A stretch of DNA of 64,000 nucleotides. Origin: an uncultured Phycisphaerales bacterium. GTDB taxonomy: Bacteria > Planctomycetota > Phycisphaerae > SM23-33 > FEN-1343. The translations under genes were made by a program, and so were the position numbers. This document shows positions 42,221-52,101 of the stretch, piece by piece. A model generated the notes under the pieces. That model was not told the DNA's origin, ran no database searches, and saw only the letters and a list, made by a program, of their open reading frames with translations. The DNA is taken from assembly GCA_963785635.1 (NCBI GenBank), contig CAWAWB010000021.1:41002-105001 (forward strand), in the 5' to 3' direction. The first letter of the stretch is position 1; the number at the start of each line of letters is the position of its first letter.

Positions 42221-43303
42221 ATGTTGCGTTCTTGCCGTTATCTGACATGCCTGGTGATCATGTTGGCCGCATCCACCAGCCTGGCCTATGATCGGTCCCT
42301 GCTCAACGAGCAGGACTGGAACATCAGCACAAATCTTGAGCCGGCTCTGGCTGCCGAAGCCATATCTGAGAAGGACGTCGCAGCCAACAACCAAACCGTT
42401 TGCGACTGGTCTTTCGCCGCTGCCGATCCAACGTCGCCATCCGCGCCGGATAACATGATCGTCCTGGCATCCACGGCGCAAACGGATGATCTGGCCGTGC
42501 TGGCTTTAGCCGGCCAGACTCAGGATCCTTGGGGAGTGGATCCGGCGGCCTCGCAGCCGGCCGAGTATGTGCCGTGGAAAGAGCGCATCGGGCCCGCCTA
42601 TCCCTGTGATAAGTGGCGCAGCATCGGACGCGACCTACAGGAACTTCCGCTGACATTGTGGGACGACACCAAGCACACCTTCACCGATCCCATCGTGCTG
42701 GGCGGGTTAGGGGTGGCTTCCGTCGCCGGCGTGGTGCTGAACCTGCACGTCGATAACACGGTAAACGAACGCACCGCGCACGGCAAACCTCACCTCAGGA
42801 ACTTTGAGGACTATATTGGTAACAACCTGGGCAACCCCATCACGCATTTCGTGGTTGCCGCCGGTTTGTATACGATTGGCCTGGAGTGCGAGGACACCAA
42901 GCTGTACGAGACATCCAAGGCCCTGTTCAACGCCCTGGTCATAACCGGCGTGACGACCGAGGTTGGCAAGGTCATCGTCAACGATCACAGCCCCGACCGT
43001 CATGACTACGCCTGGCCCAGCGGACACTCCTCCTCAAGCTTCGCTACGGCCACGGTGCTGGCCGAGGCCTATGGCCCCTGCGTGGGCGTGCCCTTGTATG
43101 CCTTCGCCACGTTTGTCGGCTACGAGCGCATCGATTCGAGGCGGCACAATTTCAGTGACGTCATCAGTGGCATGGTTATTGGCATCGTCATCGGCCACAG
43201 CGTCGCCCAGAATCACATGCCCAAAATCTGTGGCTGGGAAGTCCAGCCCACGCTCAATCCGGAAACGAACAGCGCGGGGGCGATGTTGAGTAAACGATGG
43301 TGA
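42221..43303 (+). CDS. Exported PAP2-family phosphatase
   Basis: Signal peptide; PSGHSS, ERI...HNFSDV motifs. Confidence 0.8.
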   Translation: MLRSCRYLTCLVIMLAASTSLAYDRSLLNEQDWNISTNLEPALAAEAISEKDVAANNQTVCDWSFAAADPTSPSAPDNMIVLASTAQTDDLAVLALAGQTQDPWGVDPAASQPAEYVPWKERIGPAYPCDKWRSIGRDLQELPLTLWDDTKHTFTDPIVLGGLGVASVAGVVLNLHVDNTVNERTAHGKPHLRNFEDYIGNNLGNPITHFVVAAGLYTIGLECEDTKLYETSKALFNALVITGVTTEVGKVIVNDHSPDRHDYAWPSGHSSSSFATATVLAEAYGPCVGVPLYAFATFVGYERIDSRRHNFSDVISGMVIGIVIGHSVAQNHMPKICGWEVQPTLNPETNSAGAMLSKRW

Positions 43304-43496
43304 TGCTTATGCGCTGGTCTTACCGAAGAAAAAAGCTAAACACCAAGCCCACCAAGACCACAAAGAGCACCAAGATTGAAAAGTAAGAAGTAAGAGATCT
43401 GTCTTTTGGTGCTCTTGGTGTGCTTGCTGCTCTTGGTGGTTTCGTGCCACAAACATGCCCTGGATTTAGGCCAATGAATTCGTCCCGAGGATTTCG

Positions 43497-44783
43497 ATGA
43501 GCAAGCCATTCCTTGCACCTACGCCCCCCCTGGGCTGGAACAGCTACGATTGCTACGGCGGCAGCGTGAATGAGCGGGAGTTTCGCGCCAACGTGGATTA
43601 CCTGGCGGAAAAACTCCTGCACCTGGGCTATCGCTACGCCTGCATCGACGGGGGATGGACGTATGAGGAAGCCCCGCAGACCGATTTTGTGACGGATCAC
43701 AGGGCCCATCCGAATATGGATGAATACGGCAGGCTGCGGCCGAATGTGAACAGATTCCCCTCGGCCGCGGATGGGTCCTTCGCAAAACTCGCCGACTATG
43801 TGCACAGCCGCGGGCTGAAGTTCGGCATTCACGTCATGCGCGGCATTCCGCGGCCGGCCGTGGATCGGGATTTGCCTGTATTCGGCACGAAACTGACCGC
43901 CGCGCAGATTGCGGATAAGCAGCATCTGTGCGAATGGTCCAACACGATGTATGGCCTTCAAAGCGGCGAGGGCGGCCGGGCCTACTACAGATCGATACTG
44001 TCCCTGTATGCGGCCTGGGGCGTGGATTTCATCAAGGTCGATGATATGGGCATTCCATATTTTCGGGATGAAATCGATGCCTTCGCCGATGCGGTGGAAA
44101 CCTGCGGCCGGCCCATCCTACTTTCGCTCTCGCCGGGCATCGTCCTGGATGAAATCCTGCGCACGCACGATCATGTCGCCAGCCGCTGCCACATGTGGCG
44201 GATCACCGTGGACATGTGGGACAATTGGCTTCAGGTGCGCCACCTGTTCCCCCTGCTGGCGGCCTGGTCGGGGGTCATCGGTCCAGATAGCTGGCCAGAT
44301 GCGGACATGCTGCCCTATGGCACGCTCTCGATCAAATCCCCCAAGAGCCGCGGCGGCCGGCCCAGCAAGCTCACTGAAGATGAGCTGCGGACGCACTTCA
44401 CGCTTTTATGCATGGCCAGAAGCCCGCTTTTAATAGGCAGCGACCTGCCGCGGATGGATAAGTTCACTTATTCCATCGTGACGAATCCCGAGGTCCTGGC
44501 GGTCAATCAATACAGCCGCGAGAATCGCTGCCCCTGGAGCAGCCTGACCGGCACCATCGGCTGGACGGCCCGCATGGCCGATGGGGATGCGATTGTGGCC
44601 ATGTTCAACATCTCCGATGAGGTCCAGGAATTCTCGCCAGAGCTGGGCTGGCTGCGCATCGCCCCGGGCCGCTACAAGGTGCGCGACCTGTGGGAACACA
44701 AAGAACTGCCGCCCATCGAGGGAGAGTTTAAAGGGTCCCTGCGGTCGCACGCGTGCCTGATGTATCGGTTGACGAAAATGTGA
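43497..44783 (+). CDS. Glycoside hydrolase family 27 (alpha-galactosidase-like)
   Basis: PPLGWNS, IDGGW, GLKFGIH, WGVDFIKVD, PDADML. Confidence 0.9.
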   Translation: MSKPFLAPTPPLGWNSYDCYGGSVNEREFRANVDYLAEKLLHLGYRYACIDGGWTYEEAPQTDFVTDHRAHPNMDEYGRLRPNVNRFPSAADGSFAKLADYVHSRGLKFGIHVMRGIPRPAVDRDLPVFGTKLTAAQIADKQHLCEWSNTMYGLQSGEGGRAYYRSILSLYAAWGVDFIKVDDMGIPYFRDEIDAFADAVETCGRPILLSLSPGIVLDEILRTHDHVASRCHMWRITVDMWDNWLQVRHLFPLLAAWSGVIGPDSWPDADMLPYGTLSIKSPKSRGGRPSKLTEDELRTHFTLLCMARSPLLIGSDLPRMDKFTYSIVTNPEVLAVNQYSRENRCPWSSLTGTIGWTARMADGDAIVAMFNISDEVQEFSPELGWLRIAPGRYKVRDLWEHKELPPIEGEFKGSLRSHACLMYRLTKM

Positions 44784-44788
44784 AAGGC

Positions 44789-45208
44789 TCAGAAAGTCTT
44801 GTTCTCTTTCAAGACTTTCTGTAGTCGGTTTCTGATTGTAGTCACATCAAGTTGGGCGTCTTCTTCCTTTCGAAAAGTCTGACTGCATAAAACCCGGAGA
44901 AGTCTTTCTGCCAACACCATGTTTTCATGCCAGAATGCTTCTGACAAAGAACTGAAGGACATTGCCAATTCACCTTCGTACATCTGTCCGGCAAAGGGAT
45001 CTTTCTCAAACGCATCAAGAGCCGCTGGAACAACATACTCAGGATAGAGTTCTTGCCGGACGCTCTTGCATAGATCTTCCACACTGAACTGTGACAAGGG
45101 AACATTCCGTATCTCGTCGTACCAGTTCGCGAGTGGAGATGACTGACTTTTCTTTGTGTAAATGATCCCTTTGGATTTCTCGACTTGGTTAAACGTTATT
45201 GAGGTCAT
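44789..45208 (-). CDS. CdiI-like polymorphic toxin immunity protein (orphan)
   Basis: PLSQFSVEDL...RQ, P.A...DPFAGQMYEGEL, FW pattern of CDI immunity proteins; low GC. Confidence 0.7.
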   Translation of the reverse strand: MTSITFNQVEKSKGIIYTKKSQSSPLANWYDEIRNVPLSQFSVEDLCKSVRQELYPEYVVPAALDAFEKDPFAGQMYEGELAMSFSSLSEAFWHENMVLAERLLRVLCSQTFRKEEDAQLDVTTIRNRLQKVLKENKTF

Positions 45209-45284
45209 GGCGTGTTCCCACTTATGGGCTAGGCTGCAGATGATGCGATGTCCCTAAATTGTCAATTGCAATTTGTAAATTCAG

Positions 45285-46280
45285 CTACTCGTGAATCTCC
45301 GCGATATCCTTATCCCGCAGAATCTCCGAGCGTGTCACCTGCTGACCGCTGTGGCGGCCATCGCCCCAGACACGGGCGAACTTCATCTTCTCCGGCAGGT
45401 CGCGGTGAATCGCCCGCGCCAAGGCCTCCACGTTTGAGCCGACGGGCAGGGAGTAAGGTAGATCATTATCTTCTTCCCGCTTGCCCGGCCGCTTGGTGTA
45501 CACGCGGATCATATGGAGGAGCCGCCAGACTTCCTTGCCCAGTTCGGCAAAGCCGCTCTTTTCGACGCAATCGACGGCGCAGACTTTCAGCGAACTGCCC
45601 AGAAGTTCGGCAAAAGTGGCTACCTCCGCCGCATCGGATGATTTGGCATGTGTCAGGATGATCAGGCCCGGCTTGCCCATTTTTCCGGCAGCGGTGATTT
45701 GTGAGGCGGTCATATCAAAAAGTTCAATTTGCTTAGCGGCCAGAATATCCAGCACCTTTTGCACTTCATCCAGGCTGTCGGGGCTGGTCTGGTCCGCCAC
45801 GATCGCCACCAGGTTCGTCAGGCGCAGCAGATTTACGAGGCCGCCGTCAATGTGCTCCGGCGTAATCGGAGGCGTATCGACCAGTTCGATCTGCGCATCC
45901 TCCCACAGCCACATGCCCGGCACCGGCGTGGCGGTCGAAAACGGGTACTCCGCCACTTTCACAGGCGCGGTCGTCATCGCGGCCACGATGGAACTCTTGC
46001 CCGTGTTGGGCAGGCCAATCAGCACCACCTGGCCCGCGCCGCTGGGAGCGATGCTATAAGGGTCGGCATGCGCGGCGCCATGCTGGTGGACGCCGGTGTT
46101 GATTTCCTTGCTTAAGTCGCTGATCTTTTTCTTGAGATCCGACTGGAGCTTTTCGGAAGCCTTGTGCTTGGGGATCAGCCGTAGCATTTCCCGGAGGGCT
46201 TCGAGTTTGTCCGTGGCCGTGACCGCCGCGCGGTAGCGGTCCTCGGCTTTTTCGTATTCCGGTGTGGCATTGACGGCCAT
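45285..46280 (-). CDS. DRG/Obg-like GTPase with C-terminal TGS domain
   Basis: PKHKASEKL, GLPNTGKSS, YPFST, DTP, IRVYTK, IHRD. Confidence 0.9.
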   Translation of the reverse strand: MAVNATPEYEKAEDRYRAAVTATDKLEALREMLRLIPKHKASEKLQSDLKKKISDLSKEINTGVHQHGAAHADPYSIAPSGAGQVVLIGLPNTGKSSIVAAMTTAPVKVAEYPFSTATPVPGMWLWEDAQIELVDTPPITPEHIDGGLVNLLRLTNLVAIVADQTSPDSLDEVQKVLDILAAKQIELFDMTASQITAAGKMGKPGLIILTHAKSSDAAEVATFAELLGSSLKVCAVDCVEKSGFAELGKEVWRLLHMIRVYTKRPGKREEDNDLPYSLPVGSNVEALARAIHRDLPEKMKFARVWGDGRHSGQQVTRSEILRDKDIAEIHE

Positions 46281-46377
46281 GGGGCCAATTATAGCTCGAG
46301 CGGCCATCGATGGGGATAAGGCATGTGCTATTCTGCCCAGATGATTAAATCTCCGAATTCTCTGCCACCTTATCCAT

Positions 46378-46550
46378 TTTGCCCATCTTCGCCACATTAA
46401 GGCATTTTGACCGATTTTGGACGGGAGTTGGCGGTCTAAGAACCTTTCGCAAGAGTCCATAACATTAGAATAATCAAATACCTGTATCACGTCATCTTAG
46501 ACCGCCAACACCGCCAACTGGAGATGCTTGGGGGTCTTGGCGGTCTTGGG
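46378..46550. repeat. Dispersed palindromic repeat, copy 2 (see 13195-13380)
   Basis: Same ordered motifs as copy 1. Confidence 0.8.
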
Positions 46551-46813
46551 GCGGAGAACTTGTTCCTGCTGCCAAGTGATTGACAACCGCCGCCGCTTAA
46601 GGTAAAAAGCTTATATGCGCTGCGGCTCTAGGTTGAGCGATGCCGCAGTGATCTATGCAAGTCGTTACTCTGTAATAACTTAAAAGAATTCGCCTGACTT
46701 GAATTAGAATCGTATGGTTAAGTCAGGAGGCATTGAAAAGCGGGCGGTGGTCTAGTTGCGGGGCTTATGAATCCCGATCTAACCTGCCCTTCAAGAGCCT
46801 TCAAAGGTGAAAT

Positions 46814-47149
46814 GTGCGGAAGCTACTGTCATTACTGATCTTGTGTCTGGTTGGCCTGGGCTGTTACCAGCTTGGCCGCCAGCCCAATAGCCCCGATGTG
46901 GTGGGGCGGATTCAGGCCGGGATCGGCCAGGTGGATTGGCAGTCCGTTTCCGCCAAGGCCCAGGGGGCATTTGCCGCCGCGCGGGAGAAGGTCTCCAGTT
47001 GGTCTGGCAAGGCCCAGGCCAGTGGCAATTCACAGGTAGATGAAAACAATTCCGCCGCAGATGTGTCGCAGGCTAATGCGTGCAATGTGGATAAGAATTG
47101 GCAGCAACATCAACAAGGCCAGCGGGAGGAGATCCCGCAATGTTGGTGA
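46814..47149 (+). CDS. Hypothetical small exported/membrane protein
   Basis: AAGGTG RBS, hydrophobic N-terminus. Confidence 0.6.
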   Translation: MRKLLSLLILCLVGLGCYQLGRQPNSPDVVGRIQAGIGQVDWQSVSAKAQGAFAAAREKVSSWSGKAQASGNSQVDENNSAADVSQANACNVDKNWQQHQQGQREEIPQCW

Positions 47150-47169
47150 AGAAAGCGCCTTAGATAGGC

Positions 47170-47198
47170 TTGACCTCAAAGCAAAAGGGTACGATACT
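47170..47198 (+). promoter_or_regulatory. Sigma70-like promoter of the convergent small RNA
   Basis: TTGACC-17-GATACT. Confidence 0.55.
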
Positions 47199-47205
47199 GT
47201 TAAAT

Positions 47206-47266
47206 AGCGACCAGAAGGCCGGCGACAGCCGACCGCGGGCTTAGGCCTCTGGCCGCTCCTTTTTTT
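47206..47266 (+). ncRNA. Candidate ~60-nt DUF3800-associated small RNA
   Basis: agcgaccagaaggcc...ggcctctggccgct closing stem followed by T7, starting 7 nt after a -10 box. Confidence 0.55.
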
Positions 47267-48023
47267 GCTGCTCGGTAATCCAGGCCAGCACATCGTTAAA
47301 GGCTTCGTTGCCCTTGTGAATAAGAGGTTCTATTCCTGCAATTCCACCTCTATCAATTTCCCTGGTGGAGAGACCTAAAGCTTCTTCTTCCTTCTTGCGA
47401 GCGTAGTATAAGCAGACATCGCAAAGCTGGAGGACTAGGCTCTTTTCTGAGTCAATGAAAAACCCCTTTTCAACAACCCGGCCTAGACGAAGAGAATTAC
47501 CGATTCCCCGCAACGTGATTAACGATTTCTCGACGTCATGCACGACTTCCTTATTCTCATCGAATACGAATATTCCCAGAGGGTTTCCGGGGCAGGCTGC
47601 CAAGAACTCGTTTACAACTTGAGCCACAAGGGGGAATGCCACAATGTACGGGTTTATCTTCACCCCCGAGCCGAGCTTTTGGTGAACCCATGACCGAAAG
47701 CGTGATTTTTCGATAGCCCGGTAGATGAATCTGACACCATGGTGATGGGCCAAAGACAGCCACCTGTCCCGAAACGCCAGTCGATCCGATATTGAAAAGC
47801 CTCTAAAATACCCTTCGCCATTGCGAAGCGCGCCGCCATGAATCTCAAAGCCATCTGGTCGCGGCCGAGGGAAGGAGGCATCTACCGCCTTTTGAAGATC
47901 CCTCTCCAGGTTTTGCCAGACTGTCTCAGATACGACGAGCGTGCCGAGCACGAATACCCGCTGCTGCGTATCATCAAAATTTGTTCCGGTGTTTCCAGTC
48001 TCGTCAAAATAAACGATATACAT
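47241..48023 (-). CDS. DUF3800-domain protein
   Basis: YFDETG, EIHG, IFVFDE, FIDS...LQLCD pattern. Confidence 0.85.
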   Translation of the reverse strand: MYIVYFDETGNTGTNFDDTQQRVFVLGTLVVSETVWQNLERDLQKAVDASFPRPRPDGFEIHGGALRNGEGYFRGFSISDRLAFRDRWLSLAHHHGVRFIYRAIEKSRFRSWVHQKLGSGVKINPYIVAFPLVAQVVNEFLAACPGNPLGIFVFDENKEVVHDVEKSLITLRGIGNSLRLGRVVEKGFFIDSEKSLVLQLCDVCLYYARKKEEEALGLSTREIDRGGIAGIEPLIHKGNEAFNDVLAWITEQQKKERPEA

Positions 48024-48062
48024 GCTATGGGTTCTTCCCCTAGTTCCAAAGCCCGCTGATCA

Positions 48063-49256
48063 TCAACCTTCCTTCGTTGGTTTAGTCAGAATAATCGGCA
48101 GGCTCGCCGTTTTGACCTTGTTGGCCGCGGGGTCTTCTACCGTCACCTTTAATGTGTAGGCGCCTGCCGGCAGCGAGGGCGGCAGGACCAGGAGGCGCGT
48201 GAGATAGAAATCGGTGCGGCGGTTGGCGGAGATATCGCTGACATCCTTGTCCACCTGGCTCAGCACGACCTTGCCGTCTTCATCGTACAGTACGTGCTGC
48301 ACGTTGAGGTACGTACGATACGTGCCGCCTTCATTCTTCACCGTGAAATTCCGCAGCTCGCAATACACGTACATGTAATGCGATTGGCCGGCGACGAAGT
48401 TCGTATCGGGGAAGGCCTGGAAGACGCCGAAACTGTCGATCCGTGTACACAGCTTGATGACCGGGATCTCCAGGTCCGCCATCTGCATCAGTTCCTGGCG
48501 CAGCATGTCCACGGCCATCAGCCGCTTGGCCGCCTCTTCGGGGTTGGGCGGGCCGGACTTGTGGTCGCGGATGGCGATCATCATTCTCAGCAGCGCCTCG
48601 ACCGTCTGGTTTTCCTTGTCAGACAGGCCCGGCACGGGTTTTAAAGCCTGCTCATCGTGATGCCCGGCCAGAAGGAGCAGCCGCGCTTTTAGCTGGAGGT
48701 CCAGGTCATCCGGGGTTTTCGCGGCCATGGCCTCGACGTAATCCACATCGAGATAATTCGCCATCGCCTGCTTGGCCGCCGCGTTGGCATCCGCTTGGGC
48801 GGGGCGCGTGGCGGCCAGCAGCGGGGGCACTTTGCCCGCCTGCTCCGTTTCATCAGTCCCCTGGGGCGAATCCGAGGCAATCACGCCCGGCGCCGCGAGT
48901 ATCGGCGGCACAATGCGGATAGGCGCTCGCAGCGGATTTCTTGGCCCTGCCGCCGCAACGTCCTCCGGCCCAAAGGGCAGCAGTTCCACATTTCGCGGCT
49001 GCATAGAGACCGCCTGCACCTGCGCGGCCGTCTGCTCATCGACGGGCGGAGCGGGGCGATTGGTCAGGAACCGCTCCAAGTCGCGGGTGTACTGGCGGAG
49101 CTTTTCATCGGCGTAATCGCCTTCGATCAGCGGGTGAGGATAGGCGTCGGCAGTTCTGTCGCTGTGGGCGGTGGGGCCGGAAGAAAATATACCACAGCCA
49201 GTCAGGCATCCCAGTACGCACGCACACAGCAGCGTCGCTAGGTGGCAGCGGTGCAT
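48063..49256 (-). CDS. Hypothetical lipoprotein
   Basis: Lipobox LTGC; C-terminal beta-sandwich-like domain (LPAGAYTLKVTVED). Confidence 0.7.
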   Translation of the reverse strand: MHRCHLATLLCACVLGCLTGCGIFSSGPTAHSDRTADAYPHPLIEGDYADEKLRQYTRDLERFLTNRPAPPVDEQTAAQVQAVSMQPRNVELLPFGPEDVAAAGPRNPLRAPIRIVPPILAAPGVIASDSPQGTDETEQAGKVPPLLAATRPAQADANAAAKQAMANYLDVDYVEAMAAKTPDDLDLQLKARLLLLAGHHDEQALKPVPGLSDKENQTVEALLRMMIAIRDHKSGPPNPEEAAKRLMAVDMLRQELMQMADLEIPVIKLCTRIDSFGVFQAFPDTNFVAGQSHYMYVYCELRNFTVKNEGGTYRTYLNVQHVLYDEDGKVVLSQVDKDVSDISANRRTDFYLTRLLVLPPSLPAGAYTLKVTVEDPAANKVKTASLPIILTKPTKEG

Positions 49257-49411
49257 ATTCACCATCCATGGCGTTTTGTCTGGCGGCTCCACCGCCAAAT
49301 GAGTCCGATCAACCGGCACGGCCGGCCGCACAGCTAGAGAATCTGCCCGCTCTCGGGGCGAATGTCAAGGAATTTGCCCTGTGCCGGCAATTGGGATCAG
49401 GTGAGGTGTTC

Positions 49412-50368
49412 CTAACACAACGAGACTACCAGGTCCTGCAAAACGGACTTGCCCTCGCGGCCGGTCTTCATGGCCAGGTCGGCGCGGATGAGCAGGCGAA
49501 AATCCTGGGCGATCCGAGACAAACTTCTTTGCGCCAAAACGCGGCGGAAAAGCTGCTCGTTTCGTCCCCATAGCTTCAGGCTTTCAAACGCCTGCCGCTC
49601 GCTCTTGCCGGCAGCGGTGAGACTCTTGACCTTCAGCACGCGGCGGAAGTGCCAGCCTAAAAGCCCGAGCATCTTGTACTCTTCGCCGCTTTGGGTGAGC
49701 GATTTTTCCAGGAGCTCCAGAGCCGTCTTGGCATCGCCGGCCATAATCGCATCGATAATGGCGAAGGGATTCACGCCCGCTGTGGCGACGACGACCGCAC
49801 TGACATCCTCCGCGGTGATCTTGTCGCGCCCTTCTGTGTACAGGGCGAGCTTGTCCAGCTCCGCCGCGATGCGGGCCAGGTCAGGCCCCAGCCACTGCAC
49901 CATCAACTGCGCGGCGGCGGGCTCGACCTGCCGGCCCCGCTTTGTCGCCTGCTCGCGAATGAATCTCGCCGCGGTTGAACCATCCGGCGCGGCACATTCC
50001 ATGGCCACGCCGATCTTCGCCACAAGCTTGGCCAGGCGCGTGCTCGCGGGGAAACTTTTCACCATCAAAATGAGCGTGCCCGTGGCTGAAGGAGCAGCGA
50101 GATATTTCTCCAGGGCCTCGCGATGTTTTGAGACAAAACCATCGGCGGGATCGACCAGCACGACGCGGCGCTTGCCCAGAAAGGGCAGCGTCCTCAAATC
50201 ATCCAGCACCTCGGCCAGTTCAGCGAAGTCATCGTAGCGGCTGATGGAAAGCTGGGCATCGCCATCCTCGCCTTCCAGGCCCGCGGCAATGGCCTCCGCG
50301 CGGGCCTGATCGCGCAGGAATTCATCCGTGCCGAAGACGACGTAGATTGGTTTGGGCTGGGCGCTCAT
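49412..50368 (-). CDS. holA: DNA polymerase III delta subunit
   Basis: PIYVVFGTDEF, TLPFLG.RRVV, ELDKLALY, ADLAMKTG. Confidence 0.9.
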   Translation of the reverse strand: MSAQPKPIYVVFGTDEFLRDQARAEAIAAGLEGEDGDAQLSISRYDDFAELAEVLDDLRTLPFLGKRRVVLVDPADGFVSKHREALEKYLAAPSATGTLILMVKSFPASTRLAKLVAKIGVAMECAAPDGSTAARFIREQATKRGRQVEPAAAQLMVQWLGPDLARIAAELDKLALYTEGRDKITAEDVSAVVVATAGVNPFAIIDAIMAGDAKTALELLEKSLTQSGEEYKMLGLLGWHFRRVLKVKSLTAAGKSERQAFESLKLWGRNEQLFRRVLAQRSLSRIAQDFRLLIRADLAMKTGREGKSVLQDLVVSLC

Positions 50369-50547
50369 CGTTGAATATTCTGACAATGCCCAAGCCACGT
50401 GTAAAGCTTCCGGAATGAAGAAGAGAATTAGCACGGATACAAGGGATGCAAGGGATAAGACTTTGAATAAAAAAGAAGCGAGGGTATTAGCCGCATTGCT
50501 TCTCTTGCTTTAGATTGTTTTTATCCCCTGTATCCCCTGCATCCCTG

Positions 50548-51105
50548 CTACTTTTGTTTTGCCCGCAATGCCGCCGTCGCCATCGCGATCTTCAAACACT
50601 CACCGGGGACGAAGACTGCCAGGCCGCTGACCAAAGCCTGCTGCGGCGGCAAGTACTTCAAGAGCCAAGCCATGCCGCAGGCAAAGATGGCCGCATCGGC
50701 CAGGGCCATCGCCGCGGCGGCGGAGACGGTGCGAGATCCCCAGCCGCGCTGGGTTAGGAGGCCCGCGATATACGCGGCGGGAATGAAGCCGACCATATAG
50801 CCGCCGGTGGGGCCAAGGAAGTACAGCGGCCCGGAGCCGCCGGTGAAAACGGGCAGGCCGCACAGGCCGGCGGCGAGAAAGCCAACAACGCTCATCACTG
50901 CTTCACGCGGGCCAAAGAGCACCCCTAAAAGCAGCACGGCCAGCGTCTGCGCCGTTACGGGCACGGGCCAGAAAGGCACGGACAGCCGCGAGGCAAGCCC
51001 CAGCGCCAATATGCCGCACGCCACTCGCGCGGCGGCGGAATTGCGTAGCATCGACCGTGTCTGCGAAATAACGCCTATGCGCGGTGAAGCCATGTGAACT
51101 CCCAA
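50548..51105 (-). CDS. bioY: Biotin transporter BioY
   Basis: PVPVTAQT, GLPVF, GPTGGY, PGE..K motifs. Confidence 0.9.
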   Translation of the reverse strand: MGVHMASPRIGVISQTRSMLRNSAAARVACGILALGLASRLSVPFWPVPVTAQTLAVLLLGVLFGPREAVMSVVGFLAAGLCGLPVFTGGSGPLYFLGPTGGYMVGFIPAAYIAGLLTQRGWGSRTVSAAAAMALADAAIFACGMAWLLKYLPPQQALVSGLAVFVPGECLKIAMATAALRAKQK

Positions 51106-51253
51106 TTTCTGCCTGATAACCCGATAATCTCTCCGGTACGTGATGTCCCGGACGCGACCATATTAAGTCTTGCGGCCTGATCATCAAGTCTCAAGCCGCC
51201 CTGAATTTACTTTCTCGTCCTGCCCATGCCGGCTTTGACGAGATAATCGGCGC

Positions 51254-51991
51254 TCAGCGCACGGCCTGCATGATGTCCGTAGCGCACTCGTCGAATTCGA
51301 CGACCAGCCACTCCAGCACGTTGGGATCGGCCGCCGCAACGGCCGGGGCGATCTCCATGCGGCCCGTGCCCAGGGCCACGTTATTTGGCTCGCCCCGCAC
51401 CAGAGCACCATCCTTCACGTGCATCATTTTCATTCGATTGGCATAGCGGCGGGCGAAGGCAGGCACATCCACTTGCATGAAATTGCTGGCCCAGTAAATG
51501 TCCAGCTCGAGGAATGAATGCGGCAACTCCTCCAGCAAAATGTCCATGGGCAGGCGGCCTTCGACCGCATCGAACTCCCAACTGTGATTGTGATAGCCGA
51601 AATTCAGCCCGCGTTGGCGCACCATGTCCTGGGCCATCTGAAAGTCTTTTACCACGGCCCTGGTGGAGTCCATGGTTTTGAACTGCTCCGGCCCAGCCAT
51701 GGAGATGATGTTCTTATTGCCCAGCGCGGCGGCCGTCTCAATCACCTCATTGATCGTTTCGCGAGTCGGCACAGGCACGTGCGCGGCGCACACCACCAGG
51801 CCGACATCATCCAGAATCCGCCGGAATTCAGCAGGTTTGTAGCCGTACAGGCCCGCCGTTTCCACGCCCGCATAGCCGGCCTCGCTGACCTGCCGAAACG
51901 TCGAGGCCAGGTCCTTCTCGGCCTCCCGGCGGATGCTCCAGAGCTGGAGTGCCAGCGGTTTCTTCAATTCTTGCTGCTTCGTCTTTCCCAA
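51254..51991 (-). CDS. Sugar-phosphate isomerase/epimerase (AP endonuclease 2 TIM barrel)
   Basis: LQLWSIR, GYHNH, ELDIYW, HVKD, VEFD. Confidence 0.88.
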   Translation of the reverse strand: MGKTKQQELKKPLALQLWSIRREAEKDLASTFRQVSEAGYAGVETAGLYGYKPAEFRRILDDVGLVVCAAHVPVPTRETINEVIETAAALGNKNIISMAGPEQFKTMDSTRAVVKDFQMAQDMVRQRGLNFGYHNHSWEFDAVEGRLPMDILLEELPHSFLELDIYWASNFMQVDVPAFARRYANRMKMMHVKDGALVRGEPNNVALGTGRMEIAPAVAAADPNVLEWLVVEFDECATDIMQAVR

Positions 51992-52101
51992 GCACTATCT
52001 CCCGAAAGCAGGATTTTCGGCCGCCGCGCGGCGGTTGTCAACTCGCCCTCGGTTTGGCCCGTTTTGTTGACTTGTCCGCGGCGGCGGCTGATACTGGTCG
52101 A

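Noticed and set aside
46281-46490. N-terminal extension of the GTPase ORF
   Set aside because: It runs through the dispersed repeat; the conserved protein starts at MAVNATPEY (46280).
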